DNA of 63,896 bases, the filler included, from Welwitschia mirabilis (Eukaryota): the NCBI GenBank assembly GCA_051453625.1. It is 6 parts of one record of this genome, joined end to end, with 100 filler letters (N's around TTAATTAATTAA, not from the genome) between each part and the next. Parts side by side here need not be neighbours in the genome. Positions count along the whole stretch, not along the records: positions 1 to 12,490 come from JBOZIK010000001.1; 5 more parts are not named here. The stretch is one strand, 5' to 3'. Every line of letters starts with the position of its first letter. Positions within the stretch are counted from its first letter, which is position 1. The position numbers were made by a program, and so were the translations under genes. This document shows, in pieces, positions 1 through 12,590 of this stretch. Below the pieces are notes generated by a model. That model ran no database searches and was not told the DNA's origin. It saw nothing but the letters and a program-made list of their open reading frames with translations.

Positions 1-830
1 ACATATACTACCATTATGTTATGATGTAATATAGTACAATTATAATGTAATATAATACTATTAAAGTAGTATAATATATTTTATAATAACAAGATACTAT
101 AATATATTATATTTAATTTTATATAATATAATAGGATTATAAGATAAAACAATATTATATAATATAGCATATCTAGGATATACTATCTTATAATATAACA
201 GAAAGTAAGATAATGTTGTATTATAACTTACTATAATCTAAACTAATATAACACAATGTACAAATATGTATTATATAATACAATACATATGTTCTAAATT
301 TAATATAATGATGTAAAATCATAATGTGGCTAACACATAAGTTGTATAGAGTGGCTTATGAGCTTGATGATAAAAATAAAAGTATTTATGCATGTAAGAT
401 CTTATCGATTAAATCGATACTAGTACCTATAATACATTTTAAGATAATAATTACACATGTCTATTCTTTATAATAAATATGCAATACTATGCACATGAGA
501 CAACATACAATATACAACATAATATTATACATTAATATAATACAATATAATAGTATAGTTTAATATAATATAGTATATAAGTAACATAATATGCTATGAT
601 ATCATATATCATACACTATAATATATAATGTGTTATAATGCATAATATAATATATATGCAATATAATATAATATAGCATATAATACAATATAATATTACT
701 TACTATGATATAATTATAATATTGTATAATATAATAAAATATATTATAATATTAAATAATACAATATAATATTTATTCAATGTAATATATTATGATATGA
801 TAATATGATAGTATAAAATACTATGATAGT
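1..830. repeat. Degenerate AT-rich pentameric low-complexity array (ATAAT/ACAAT/ATATT variants)
   Basis: Visible ~5-bp periodicity, e.g. tacaatataatagtatagtttaatataatatagtatataa at 541-580; almost no G or C. Confidence 0.75.
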
Positions 831-1624
831 TGAGGTAAATTTTATCAGTGATGTTTACTAAAACAATAATTTCATCGTCATGGCATGCTAATTATTTTCA
901 TTAGACCTAACAAACACATAACTTAAACCTTAAGACTTAATAAACATATTACAATAAGCTTAGGTCTTTACTTTTTGTTAACTGGATACACTAGTGAAAT
1001 CCCATCTATCAAACTCATTAATAAAATATTTTTTTCCAGTTATATAGTAATGTTTGCATCAAATAATATATTTTTATTAAATACAAAACAACAGTAACAT
1101 TCCTAACATTTAAGCATTTTCTTTACATGAAAACACATTACAATACTCCTAATGACACAATGGATGAATATACTAATATTAGCTACTACTTATTTCACAA
1201 AGTTATTGTCAAATAGCTAGCATTTCACACCTTACACAATAAATTTACTCTTTCCAAGATTTTAAAGATGCTACTATTCCCCCTAGATTTTACCAACTAA
1301 TAAAATTAATTTTATCTTCTTAAACCTTTTATTATGTAAATTACCGAGATTCACATTTTACTTTTTTTTAAATGCTAATCACCACTACAAATAGAGGCTA
1401 ATTATTACAAATGATTCTGAATAATTGTTCCTAACTTTTGTAAAGACTACTGGAAAGAGTTACCGACTTTGAAACCAAAAAGTGTGAGATTTCTACAAGA
1501 ATCAATAAAGTAATCATAATTTAGCTAGTCTTAAACCAAAATAAGCATCAAACATCTTATCTAAATCACATACATGTAAAGCACTTCCATCTTCAGCCTT
1601 CAAAAGCTATAGAACCTCCTCATC

Positions 1625-1682
1625 CATAACCTCAATTCCTACTAAATCTTCCTCATAACCTCAATTCCTACTAAATCTTTCT
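1625..1682. repeat. 29-bp direct tandem duplication
   Basis: cataacctcaattcctactaaatcttcct followed by cataacctcaattcctactaaatctttct. Confidence 0.9.
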
Positions 1683-1729
1683 CATTTCTCAGTACCTTAA
1701 TATCCTTATAAAACTGAGCAACTTTTATA

Positions 1730-2545
1730 AGGTCTAGATGGCTAATCTTTCATGCAAACCAATTGTGTTGTTCCTCTCTTTTTCTCTTTTTATTTCACGG
1801 CATGTAATCCGTTCCTTTCTGCAACACCGTTCAACAAAAATTTGCTCCTCTTCTAATAACCTATTCCAGAGCTCATCCTTACTTGAAATATAAAATACAT
1901 GTTTCTCAATCTTTTGCAGACAAACACAAAGATGAGATCCAAGAAGAAAAAGCGTATTATCTCAATCCATACCGTAAAGAGACAACATCATATCATCAAC
2001 GCCGCTCTTCCTGAAAGCTTCGGTACTCCGCTTCATAAGTTGAAACTTGCTCCTTCAAACACTCAACTAACTCTTCCTAAAATCTGAGAATCTCAGGAGT
2101 GATTTTTCTTGTTTCTCTAGGCCGTTTTCAAAAGATCAACGTCCGTGGTGACATCATTTGCGCTGTACTAAAAGTTCTAGTTAAACTGCAAAGATGTCGG
2201 TTGAGAAGCGGTGTTCTCATTCTCGTTAGCATACTCCTTACCTCCAGAATTTCTTTCTTCTTTGTTATGAGAGGAAGTCAACGGACAATCTGTGTTAACA
2301 TTTCTGTCATTGACAAGGGCAGAATTCCTTTCACCAGCCTTGGAAAGGACTCTTTTGAAATTTGCGTTGCTGTTTTCGCTATCAGCAATGGCAAAATTCC
2401 TATCGCAGAATGAGATTGGGATAATGGAGGGGAAATTGCGTTCTGAGAAACTCCAATAATTGCAGGAAAACCACTAGATTAAGAAGAATAACAGAAAGGG
2501 AGAAGGGTTTCAGAGAGGTTTGGCGGTTCCCTTCAGCATTTTCCT
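1730..2545 (-). pseudogene. Disrupted host-gene-like coding fragment with a coiled-coil segment, tentatively GTD/zein-binding (DUF593, myosin-binding/FLOURY1-like)
   Basis: GC-richer island that keeps CpGs. Minus-strand frames give an ~90-codon stretch (FSERNFPSIIPISFCDRNF...QPTSLQFN*), then DVTTDVDLLKTA/LEKQEKSLL/EILRF*EELVECLKEQVSTYEAEYRSFQEERR across frameshifts and stops. The family call is resemblance from memory only. Confidence 0.35.
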
Positions 2546-2799
2546 TCAGCGTGTGCTTCATGGATGTGGGCCCCTACAATGGCAGTTCTCTTTTGTATCA
2601 GCGTTCCACTTCCCCTTCCGATCTTGTCTACCCTCTTCCCGTCAATCCGCTTCCAAAGTGAATTGAAAGCGCCCAGAAGGATCCTGTCTACCCTCCTTTG
2701 ACTGCTTTCCCTTCATTAAGGTCATAGAAAACTTCATGTGGAGCACCAATCACTTGTGTGTCTATGATTCTTTTTCTTTATGCTTTGTGCCTTTTATAT

Positions 2800-3480
2800 T
2801 TTTGATGTCTTCCTTGCCTTTTCCCTAGAGAGACAACTATTTGAAAATATTTAAACACTATGCAATGCTTGAAAATGACTAAGTTTAAGTCATTCAATAG
2901 ATTTTTTTTTTGTTAATTTTTCAAGATAAATATCTTTTTTATAGTAGACATCTTTGTAAGGCAAACGTCTTTACCTTGAAAGACATCTTTGGTCAAATTG
3001 CCTAGATTTCAATAAAACTTGAATTGTTGTATCTATAACCTTTAGAAATTATAAATTCATTATGTAAAAATTCCCTAGAGCGTAGATAATTTATCATAGT
3101 ATAACTTTGTCTCTGTTACCACTTTTAGTTCAGAATAAATGTCTTCAAGTCTGTAGATGTCTTTCAATAATTGAAGCAGTATAGACATCTTTAATTTACT
3201 AGACCTCTTTCACCTGTCTCAGCTCCTTGTTTTAGTATAGAAATCTTTGACATGATAGATGTTTTTCCCTATGATGTCCAATTCAATCTAGATGTCTTTA
3301 ATATAGTAGATGTCCTCATATATGCAGATGTCTTCAGTCAATTATGTCTATTGTTTATGAATTTTAAGCTAAAGCTTTTATGTATTTTGATCTTTGGGGT
3401 TTTGACAAGCTTGATCCTATTTGCAATTTAGTGTTCTTAAATTTTACTTATTTTCGCATTAGATGCTTCACATTTGACAA
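2800..3480 (-). mobile_element. LTR-like fragment with repeated AGAC(G/A)TCT palindromic motifs (copia/Sirevirus-type LTR inferred)
   Basis: More than 10 copies of AGACATCTT/AGATGTCTT; the same motif cluster occurs at 32560-33000 (opposite orientation) and 55520-55690. Confidence 0.5.
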
Positions 3481-3654
3481 GTGGAATCACCAAAACTAGG
3501 ATTTTACCAATACAAGTTTAACTCCTAATTAAAAGACATCATTATTTCCAAAAATAATTCTTTTCATTCTTTCATTAGTTATGTCTTTCATAAAGCAAAA
3601 ACTAGAATTTTATTTTATAATAATGTGTAATTTAAATCTACATTACAACCTAGT

Positions 3655-4860
3655 TTTAAAGAAGCTACTAATGATGAAAGTTGTATGAATGCTATGCAAT
3701 ATGAGCTTAATCAATTTAAGAAAAGAAATGTATGGGATTTAATTCCTAGATCCAAATATCATAATACCATAGGAACTAAATGGGTCTTTAAAAATAAATT
3801 AAATGAAATGCCAAAAGTTATAAGAAATAGATCTAAATTAGTAATACTCTCAAATAAAAGGAATTGACTTAGAAAAAACATTTGCCCTTATTGCAAAATT
3901 AGAATCAATCAAGATTTCCTTTACAGTACATTTTCTTAATAGTTTTAAAATATATCAAATAGATATCAAAAGTGCTTTTCTTAATGAAACTTTAAATGAA
4001 CTAATTTATGTGAAATAACCACTAGGTGTTTTAGGTCCATAATTTTTTCACCATGTTTACAAGTTGAATAAGGCATTATATGAGTTAAAGTAAGTACCTA
4101 GAGCATGAAATTTGAAAGTTCTCTAGTGAAGAATTTTAAAATTAATAAGAGGAAATTCATCTCAACACAAATTGAAATAAATAATAATATAAATGAAAAC
4201 CAAAATGATAAGGATATGGGCACTACACTATATAGGAGCATGATTAGTAATCTTCTCTACATCATAGTAAGTAGGTTAAGCATTGCTTTTGTAGTAAATT
4301 ACGTACTAGATATTAATTAGAACTTAAAGAATCTTATTTATAACCTATTTAAAGGATTTTAATGTATGTGAACTCAATCTTAGAATATGAAATTTAGTTT
4401 TCAAAATAGCTAAATTTATGTTTATCTTCTTATTGTGATGCTGATTAGAGTGGTGGTAAGAATGATATAGTGGTTATTATTGTTTTCTAGGCTCATGCTT
4501 AGTTAGTTGGGCTAGTAAGAATCAAACCTTAAATTCTTTATCCACTCTTGAAGTCGAATACATATCAGTTAATAGTCATCTAGAATAAGTTTTATGGATT
4601 CATCATGGTTTAATATTATTAAGATAAATGAATTTAACATTACTATTAATTAGAACAATTATAGTATTATAAATATATCTAAGACTCTTGTCTTATAAAC
4701 AAAACAAATTGATATTAGACATTACTTTGTTTATCAATATTTAGTAAAGATATTCATCTTGAATATATTCCCACAAATTAATAATTATAATAAATTCTCA
4801 CTACACCTCTATCATAAGATCATTTCATATCTTTATACAATACTCTAACTCTTAGACCAT
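3655..4860 (+). pseudogene. Copia reverse transcriptase and RNase H remnant
   Basis: AMQYELNQFKKRNVWDLIPR..IGTKWVFKNKLNE (3685-3867); YQIDIKSAFLN; YKLNKALYELK*VPRA*; LYRSMISNLLYIIVSRLSIAF (4105-4320); RNaseH LVSWASKNQ..SLSTLEVEY and KQIDIRHYF; many stops. Confidence 0.92.
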
Positions 4861-7399
4861 GCCTATGAGCCTTTATTCTTTTTTAACCTTTACTTATACA
4901 TATCTTAATTTAATTAGTTCTTTATTTTTCTAAGTCTTATTTCTAATTGCTTATTCGTAGTCTTTCTAAGTTCTTTCTTGTTATAATTAAAAATTTTCTT
5001 AAATCCTTGTCTAGTTAATTATCCATACTTTAGCAATTGACCTTCATGCATTCAGTTTTCTTATTATTATTTTCTAAAAACCTCGATTAACCACTATTAT
5101 GTAGATTATCATCTCATCTATATTGAGTTTATTTTTTAATACATTAGAACGAATAAATGGTTAACTAATATTCTTAATAGATTGACTATATATACTTAAA
5201 ATGACTATTTTTCTATTAAAATGGTTAACCACCTAACCTTAGGGTTTGACTAACTACTACGTATATTAGAAAAACTATCATTCATGCTAGGCCTTTTCTT
5301 ATTTTCACTTTTCAATTCTTTTCTTATATGAAACTCTCTAATCACGATTGAATCTTGGCTTTATCTAGAGTTCTCCCTAACATTTTCATACTTTTTAATG
5401 AATTATTTACCATATTTCTTATGATTACATATTGATTTCTTCAATAAAATTGAAAGAATTCTTATTTTTCTTTTGCCCCATCCAATTCCATGGTTTTTAA
5501 TTTGTTGATCAATTTCCACCAAATAACACATAGATAATGTAAAACCTTTGGTGTTTTACAAGATTGTAATAAAAATGCATAAAATATGATTACCATTTAG
5601 TAATTTCTTAAATTTTATCATTCATTTGTGTTAAAGCTAGGGTTATCCAAGTATTTACAAAAAATTAAACATCTTAGCATATTATTATTATTATCTTCTT
5701 ACTAGTTAATCATTTTCAAACTATTTTACTAGTATATTTGTCAATATTATCTATATTTAAACAAACTTTTCCAATCTTTAATTTTTACTATCTTAAGATT
5801 GCATAAGAAGTATTTGTCAAAAATTGTACTAATTAGAATATAGTAGTCCTTCAAATTTATAACTTTCTTCTCATATTTATAATGTAATTTTTTTCTCTTA
5901 TAAAATTTTAAGAAATTTACAATTTCTTATATGAATTTTTATTTATTTTATTAAATGAAATATATATATCTTTTTCTTAGGTTAAACTTTCTCTTTATAA
6001 TACTAGCATAATGTTTGAAGTACAGATATGATGCCCAGGGTATGAGGAGGTATCTTTTATGCTTCCAAAGAAAAAGAAGTTAAAACATCATCTTTTAGAA
6101 TAAAGAAAACAAAAAGAATAAAATTTGAAAATGAGTTTAGAAATAAATTGTTCTTTGTAAAAGAGAAATCAAAGTAAACACTTCTAAATTTCTCATCAAT
6201 CCTATTATTAATTTCATCTAATATCAATGGTGGAAAATTTTTTGTCTATTTTTACAAATTAAGGCTTTTGATTTCATTTTGGATTTTGATTATTGAATAT
6301 TATTTAGCTTTGCCTAAAAATGAAAGAAAATTTAAAAGTAAAAGATTTCACAACCAAAATGCTTCAATTAAATAAAATCTTTTGAAGTTGAGTATTATTG
6401 ATATTCAAACATGAATCTAATCACCACTATATCCATTTATTTATTTATTTATTTTGGTTCTCTAATTATTGTTTCAACTTCCTAGCTCTAGTGATAAAAT
6501 AATGTATTAACCTCTTTGTAATAACCAAAACTTACACAAATAGGGCAACACCTTGTATTTTCAATTTAATTAAGAATAAGTCAAAGGAATGTTATTAACA
6601 AAATAAATAAAAGAAAATTTACAATAAATAATAATTTTTTACATTATTATGAATTGCCACTATAATCAACTAAAACTACAATGCTAGAGGATTCAAAGAC
6701 AATAATATTTAAAGTGAATGGGGATTCATATAAATTATGATCTTTAAAATTTATTGTATAGATTAAAATGCCTCTAATCATGTTCCATTCCTTTCTTACT
6801 TTATCAATGCAAATTCTAAGTGGTTTTTATGATAAGACAGCAGGGTTATTCCTAATTCAAATAATTTGGAAATGTGAATTAATTATTTTAAAAATTAAGA
6901 ACAAAGAAGGAAATAAAAGTACAAGGTTATACTCTACTTTACTTTCACAACATGGAAATAATAAAGAAGTAATTTTTTTCCTTTTATTTAATATATTACA
7001 ATTAGAAATTAACTTTTTTGACTTTCATTCATCAAAGTCAACCATGCATGACTTAAATAATGTTCAAAAAAAGGAAAATCTTCAGATACTAATGTTGAGT
7101 GAATTAGATTTTAATAAATGAAATAACAAATTTATGAGTCGAAGTAGGTTATCAGAGATATTTAATTATTATGAATAACCAAAAATTTGATATGAACAAA
7201 TTACATTAGTAAGCTTCAAAGTTTATATAACAAACATGTCCTTGAATTCTAGAAAATGAATTTTAGAATCAAATAAGAAACTTAAAATAAAATGAGATCG
7301 TAAGACCAAAAACCCTGACATCTACAAGATTTAAAACTATCAATTTGTCATGAATGTTTACATTAAGTATCCCATGAGATTTTTTTTCCTCCTCTTTTT

Positions 7400-8460
7400 T
7401 CTCTTTTCTAGATGTTATAGTGAAAGTAATAAAAATTTTTATGTAAATACTAAAATAATTTCCATTGAAGATAGAATTCTCAAGATAAAAATCTCAAACG
7501 TAGAATTTTAAGTTACATTTAATATCATTACAGAGGTGTTTAATATACTAAGAATTAGTGAATATGATTTTGATCTATGATACATTTGAGTATCCTTAAT
7601 GATTTAACCATGCACATGATCTCTATAGATCAAACTTTAAGTGGAAATCGGCTACTACCTCCTTATCCAACATCTGACTGTACTGTATTAAGTTCTACAT
7701 CTCATGTTAGGCTACATCTATCTCTTTCTTAGTGTAAACTTGCATGTGGTAATTTTATACTACCTTAAGTTCTTTCATTATATATTTTCATAAACTAGAA
7801 TGGATGGAACATTGATGATTTATAAGTATATGATGTATACTCTATAATATGAAAATCTTACATGGAGGTATGGTGGACTTATTATGGAATTGTGTAAGAA
7901 ATTTAAAGTATAACTATATTTAAAACATATTACCATATTACATACATCTCAATTTCTCTTCCTTAGACTGAACATGCACTTTTAAGAGGGGTATTATTCC
8001 TTGATGACTTGCTAAATTAAAAATCACTAAACATCCACTTTCACCTTACTCATATGTTATTCAATCTAAAGGAAATATATATTTTATAATGCACTTATCA
8101 GATTTTATATCTATAAAGTTATTTAAATAGGGAGAGAGGTAGCATTACATAATTTAGATTTTGAAGGAGATGTGAGACAGTGTGTGAAAAATTAATATTG
8201 ATGTGTACTCTTATACTTAGACCACATTTTCTTAAGATTCCAAAGCTTACTCACCTTTACATGATTCTAAAACTTCCACTAGAAGAAGGAAGAGAAGAAG
8301 GAGGAGAAGGAGGAAGAAGAGAATTGGGAGGAGGTAGATAGTGAAGGGGATTCCCTCCAAACTATCATTTTGACATTACCATAGTAATGGAAGGAGACTC
8401 TAACAAAAAGAACATTAAGACAGATTGTTCACTATCTCAAGAAATGGTTACAATCTAGTG
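7400..8460 (+). pseudogene. Env-like/extra ORF remnant of the Sirevirus-like element
   Basis: Lies between RNaseH and the PPT; LTWRYGGLIMELCKKFKV at ~7857-7910 resembles the LPYGxLITxIFxxFxV motif; purine-rich acidic-type run at 8281-8340. Confidence 0.4.
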
Positions 8461-8619
8461 GCATTTTATCTTCATAAGTTTCTTATGCTATGATTAAGCC
8501 ATCATTACCATCTACCCTTCAAAGCCCTCCGTTATCTAGCAACACATTGATTCTATAACACTAAGTTAAATTATACTTTTATTTATTATATGCTTTATTG
8601 TTTTACCTCCATCATCATC

Positions 8620-8862
8620 ATTGATGAAAAAGGGAAAAATATATATATATAATACACAATATTTTCATTAGACGTATGAAATATGATATTTGTCTTTATT
8701 GGACTCTGTACATGGTTTTCAATTCAAACTAAATTGTTTTCTCCTTGTGATTCAACATTTTTATGCTTTACAGTATGTAAAGAAACCTAGTTCTAGACTG
8801 GAGCTTAAGTTTAAGAGAGCTTAATAGTGGATTTAGTTATCATTAATAATAAAGGAGGAGAT
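8620..8862 (+). promoter_or_regulatory. Multiple polypurine tracts
   Basis: tgatgaaaaagggaaaaat (8622) and aataaaggaggagat immediately before the LTR start; the Sirevirus consensus is AAAAAGGGGGAGAT-TG. Confidence 0.65.
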
Positions 8863-9991
8863 TATTGCACCTCCTAATTTTTATTATTGATAAACTAAAT
8901 TCTAATTAAGGTAAAAAATTTAGTGCATGGATATTCTATAAATGAAATAATTTCTGGAATATTGTAAATGGAAGAAACCTAAGCAAATAAATTCTAAAGA
9001 TGACTAAAGTTAAGTTGCAATGCTAGGGTGTAAAGTCAATCTTAGGTAGTTAACAAAAAATTTTCAAGTGATTAACTACAAATTAATAGTAGTAAAGAAT
9101 AAGTAAGTAGTAGTCAATTAACAAATAAGAATGATTAATTACCTAATGATCAAGTTATATTAGACTAATGCAGTAACTAGTTAACTGACCAAGATTAAGA
9201 TTCAACTATCTAAGTGCTTAATCCAATCTAGATAGGGGTTTGACTAGCCATTAATTAAAAGACAACAAATAAAAACTATAAGCAACCATTAGAAGCCTAG
9301 AATAACCATTTTTCTAGTTTCTAAAATTACATATTACCATTTTTCATTGTTCAGTTAGCTATATCACTTATACTAATGATGTAAAATATAAACATGCATT
9401 TTATACAAACATGCATTTTCTAGTCAAGAACATGTAATTTATATAAATTAAACATTATTGCATATCATACTATTTTAGATATTTGAATTTTCTATTACAA
9501 AAGTAAAAAGGCATACACTCTCTCTTACACACTTCTCTTATCCTTCTTCAACTATCATTATCATTAATATAGTGAATTAAAACATCATTTAATTACATTT
9601 TATTGTTAAGTATTACTAAATAATTTCATTTTATTAATTGAAGGCTACAAGAAAGTCTCACTAGAGTGTATGGTTAAAATACTTAATAATTAAAAAAAGA
9701 CTTTTTTAATTAACCTTTATGCACATTATTTTGAATTACTTATTTATCTAAATTGTTATTACTATACATTATATTTTAATTTAAACATCATAATATGTCT
9801 AATTAAATATTTTAATAGAAGAAAATTTTCCATGAATTTTCCTTTCATCCTTCCCTCTAGGAAATTAAGTCCTAACATTAGCTAGAAGTAAATTAATTAA
9901 TTAATAAAAGTTAAGATAAAAATATTTAAAACTAACTACAAATCTTTAGTAATCCAGTAAACACCTCTAGCATAAGAAATATAACTTAATA
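8863..9991 (+). mobile_element. 3' LTR of the Sirevirus-like element
   Basis: Starts TATTGCACC (decayed TGTTGCACC) right after the PPT; repeated GTTAAC/GATTAAC/TTGACT motifs at 9040-9260; decayed C-rich end atccagtaaacacctctag near 9952-9970; right boundary approximate. Confidence 0.6.
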
Positions 9992-10371
9992 ATAAGTGAT
10001 CACAAAGAATGAAGGACTACATTACCAAACAACTAAAATAACTAATCTAAAAAGAATGCATTTGTAATTACTTTTTAATATTTTTATTTTAATTTTATAT
10101 TAATTAGATTAAATAATATTACCTCTAGCTAACATAGTTTCAAAGTTATAGTTAGCATGATATCTAAGATCAGTTATTTAAAAATATTAAAACTTGAAGG
10201 GTAGAAAAAAAATTTGAGGATCTAAGATAAAATTCAACTTGAGGAAAACATTTAAAGAAGATGAATTAGATATACTTTTAAATCCATAGTTATAAATGAA
10301 GTTTCTAAAGATCAAATTTTGGTTTCTCAAAGTAAGAGCTAAGTCAAAACACTTGATACCTATAATAAATG

Positions 10372-10376
<5 letters not shown>

Positions 10377-10443
<67 letters not shown>

Positions 10444-10543
10444 NNNNNNNNNNNNNNNNNNNNNNNNNNNNNNNNNNNNNNNNNNNNNNNNNNNNNNNNN
10501 NNNNNNNNNNNNNNNNNNNNNNNNNNNNNNNNNNNNNNNNNNN

Positions 10544-10585
<42 letters not shown>

Positions 10586-10597
10586 GAGAGAGAGAGA
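10377..10597. repeat. Compound microsatellite (CA)n-gap-(CA)n(TA)n(GA)n
   Basis: Directly visible; interrupted by a 100-N gap. Confidence 0.98.
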
Positions 10598-10647
10598 AAG
10601 GAGGTGCGGGGGAAGAGGGAGAGGGGGAAGGAAGGCCTCTAATATTA

Positions 10648-10830
10648 TGTGATACATCTAGAATAGTTATATTAGTGCTATTAATAGTTACAAGCTATAA
10701 GAAATTTCACAGTTGAGAATTCTTACACTAAGGTAATACTAGGATGGATGACCTTCTAAAACATTTGTAATTAGTCTTTTTTTCTAAAGTGTAAGAAACA
10801 TTCTTGACCTTTATAAGGGAGTATTTTATA
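10648..10830 (+). mobile_element. Degenerate Cassandra TRIM-like LTR carrying a 5S rRNA-derived segment (10701-10763)
   Basis: gaaatttcacagttgagaattcttacactaaggtaatactaggatggatgaccttctaaaa aligns to plant 5S GAACTCCGAAGTTAAGCGTGCTTGGGCGAGAGTAGTACTAGGATGGGTGACCTCCTGGGAA; TGTGATAC start ~50 bp upstream. Confidence 0.65.
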
Positions 10831-11349
10831 AATATATATAAATAAGAAATTATTAATTATATATCATCATCTATGATTTCCTACTTTAAATCTATGCAAA
10901 TTATAAAAAAATTCAAAGGATGTAGCTCAAATAGTTTAGATCTCATATTACTTGAAAACAAGTGGTAACCACAAATCTTAAGAACCTAAAAAATTGGATT
11001 CTAGTGGATTTAATATAACTAAGATTAGTAGAAAAAATTTAAGTAGGATAATATGTAATAAGCAAGAATTTTACATGGTATGCCACTTATCAGTGAAAAT
11101 ATCAACTAATTTCAAGAAAAATATTCTTGCCATCTTAAAGGAATGTTTGATTAATGATAGATAAAATAATTTGCTTATCTTAATGATATAATCTTAAAAA
11201 ATGTATAGAGGATACCAATGAGAATAATCATTAACCACATATATTATAATATAAATCATGAAATTCAAATTTATTTATAAGATAAATCATGAAATTTAAA
11301 TATATTTAATATGCATAAATTTCAATACTATATTCTTATTAATAAAATT

Positions 11350-12338
11350 TTGGAACATTCCATTCTTTTGGTCACATGTGAACATTATTATGTGATGGTG
11401 TAAAACTATAACACTATATGAAACATGGACAAATTTAAATGAATTTTAGTAAAAAGTTAGATATTGAGTTCATCTATCTGCAAAATAAAATAATGAGTCT
11501 TTAAATAAAGAGGCACAAATCCTTATAAGCCATAAATATGTTATGAGAGATCAAGAAAATTTTTAAAAGGAAATACAAGAGACATTGTATTTATTAGATG
11601 TTTTTTATTAAAAGTCATCAAGTAGTACTTACCTATAGCCAAGTCATTATAACATTAATAGCAAATAGCAAGAAGAAAATCATAGACTTTAAGAAGCTAA
11701 TTTAAATGTTCATCAATCTTGATAAGAAGCATGATGCTTCAACGTGCATCAATAATAATAGCAAAAGCATAGTAAATGTAGGATAATATAACAATAGTAC
11801 CAAAAAATAAGATTACAATGGCTAATAAGATTGCGGTAATGCAAACAATATTCAAGATAAAGTAAATCAAAAGAGAGTAATTTGTGAGAAAATCTTTAAG
11901 AAATATATAAAGAGAAAATGGTAGTATAGAATATATAATAAGAAATGTCATGGTTCTTTATCATTTATAACTCCATATGATTTGATCAAGAAGAAGAGTT
12001 AAGAACATCAAGTAAAAGAGATGAGATATGATTTTACTTTTGGTAGTAATAGTAAAAAGGAGTTTATGTCTCTTATGAGTGTAGATTATTCAAAATTTTA
12101 TAAGACATTTTGACTCTAGTCACTACATATAATAGGATGATCCATCATCATCATTATAATTAAATATGAAATCTTAACATGGATTGATAAGAATTGATAA
12201 TGATGTAAGTACTTCTGATTAATGAAATGATTTTGTTTTTATAATTATACATTTTAGATAGTATTCAACATTTCTTTTTAGCATTTAAGTTAATATACCA
12301 ATGGGTTAGTAGATTCGTTAGTTAGTGTGCGAGTAAGT
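11350..12338 (+). pseudogene. Very degenerate copia gag/protease remnant
   Basis: gag-like IEFIYLQNKIMSL region and a decayed LDSG-type protease site (ttttgactctagt, ~12108-12120); heavily interrupted. Confidence 0.4.
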
Positions 12339-12490
12339 TATTGGGATATGTATTTGTATAAGCTTTTATATTCAAAGGGATCCTATCATTAAAAATTAAA
12401 ATAGATATTTTGTATAATACATCACACTAGTATAATGGGAGTTAACCCAAAATGTCATATCCATGTTGAAGTCTATGAGTATGAGACTTA
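12339..12490 (-). mobile_element. 3' terminus of an Athila-like LTR, cut by a scaffold join
   Basis: Aligns base by base to 14788-14940 and matches the family LTR end (reverse of ...CACAAATACACATCGCAACA at 34588). Confidence 0.8.
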
Positions 12491-12590
12491 NNNNNNNNNN
12501 NNNNNNNNNNNNNNNNNNNNNNNNNNNNNNNNNNTTAATTAATTAANNNNNNNNNNNNNNNNNNNNNNNNNNNNNNNNNNNNNNNNNNNN
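12491..12590. other. Artificial scaffold linker N44-TTAATTAATTAA-N44 (12-mers also at 28074, 46681, 59556, 62726)
   Basis: The same six-frame-stop 12-mer is centred in five 100-bp N blocks. Confidence 0.97.

Larger units (their letters stand above)
3590..9991 (+). mobile_element. Degenerate Ty1/copia Sirevirus-like retrotransposon, 3' half (RT-RNaseH, long 3' region with env-like remnant, multiple PPTs, 3' LTR)
   Basis: Copia RT and RNaseH motifs, then ~4 kb of non-pol sequence, two PPT-like tracts and an LTR. This layout is typical of Sireviruses. Confidence 0.8.

Noticed and set aside
1899..2413. Plus-strand ORFs of 62 and 104 aa as genes
   Set aside because: No recognisable domain; the protein-like signal is on the opposite strand
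6768..7121. 117-aa ORF as a host gene
   Set aside because: AT-rich, no domain, inside the Sirevirus-like 3' region; likely a chance ORF
10187..10657. ORFs with CVCV/THTH runs
   Set aside because: Translations of the (CA)n microsatellite and an N gap
10701..10763. Functional 5S rRNA gene
   Set aside because: Partial, heavily mutated and not in a tandem array
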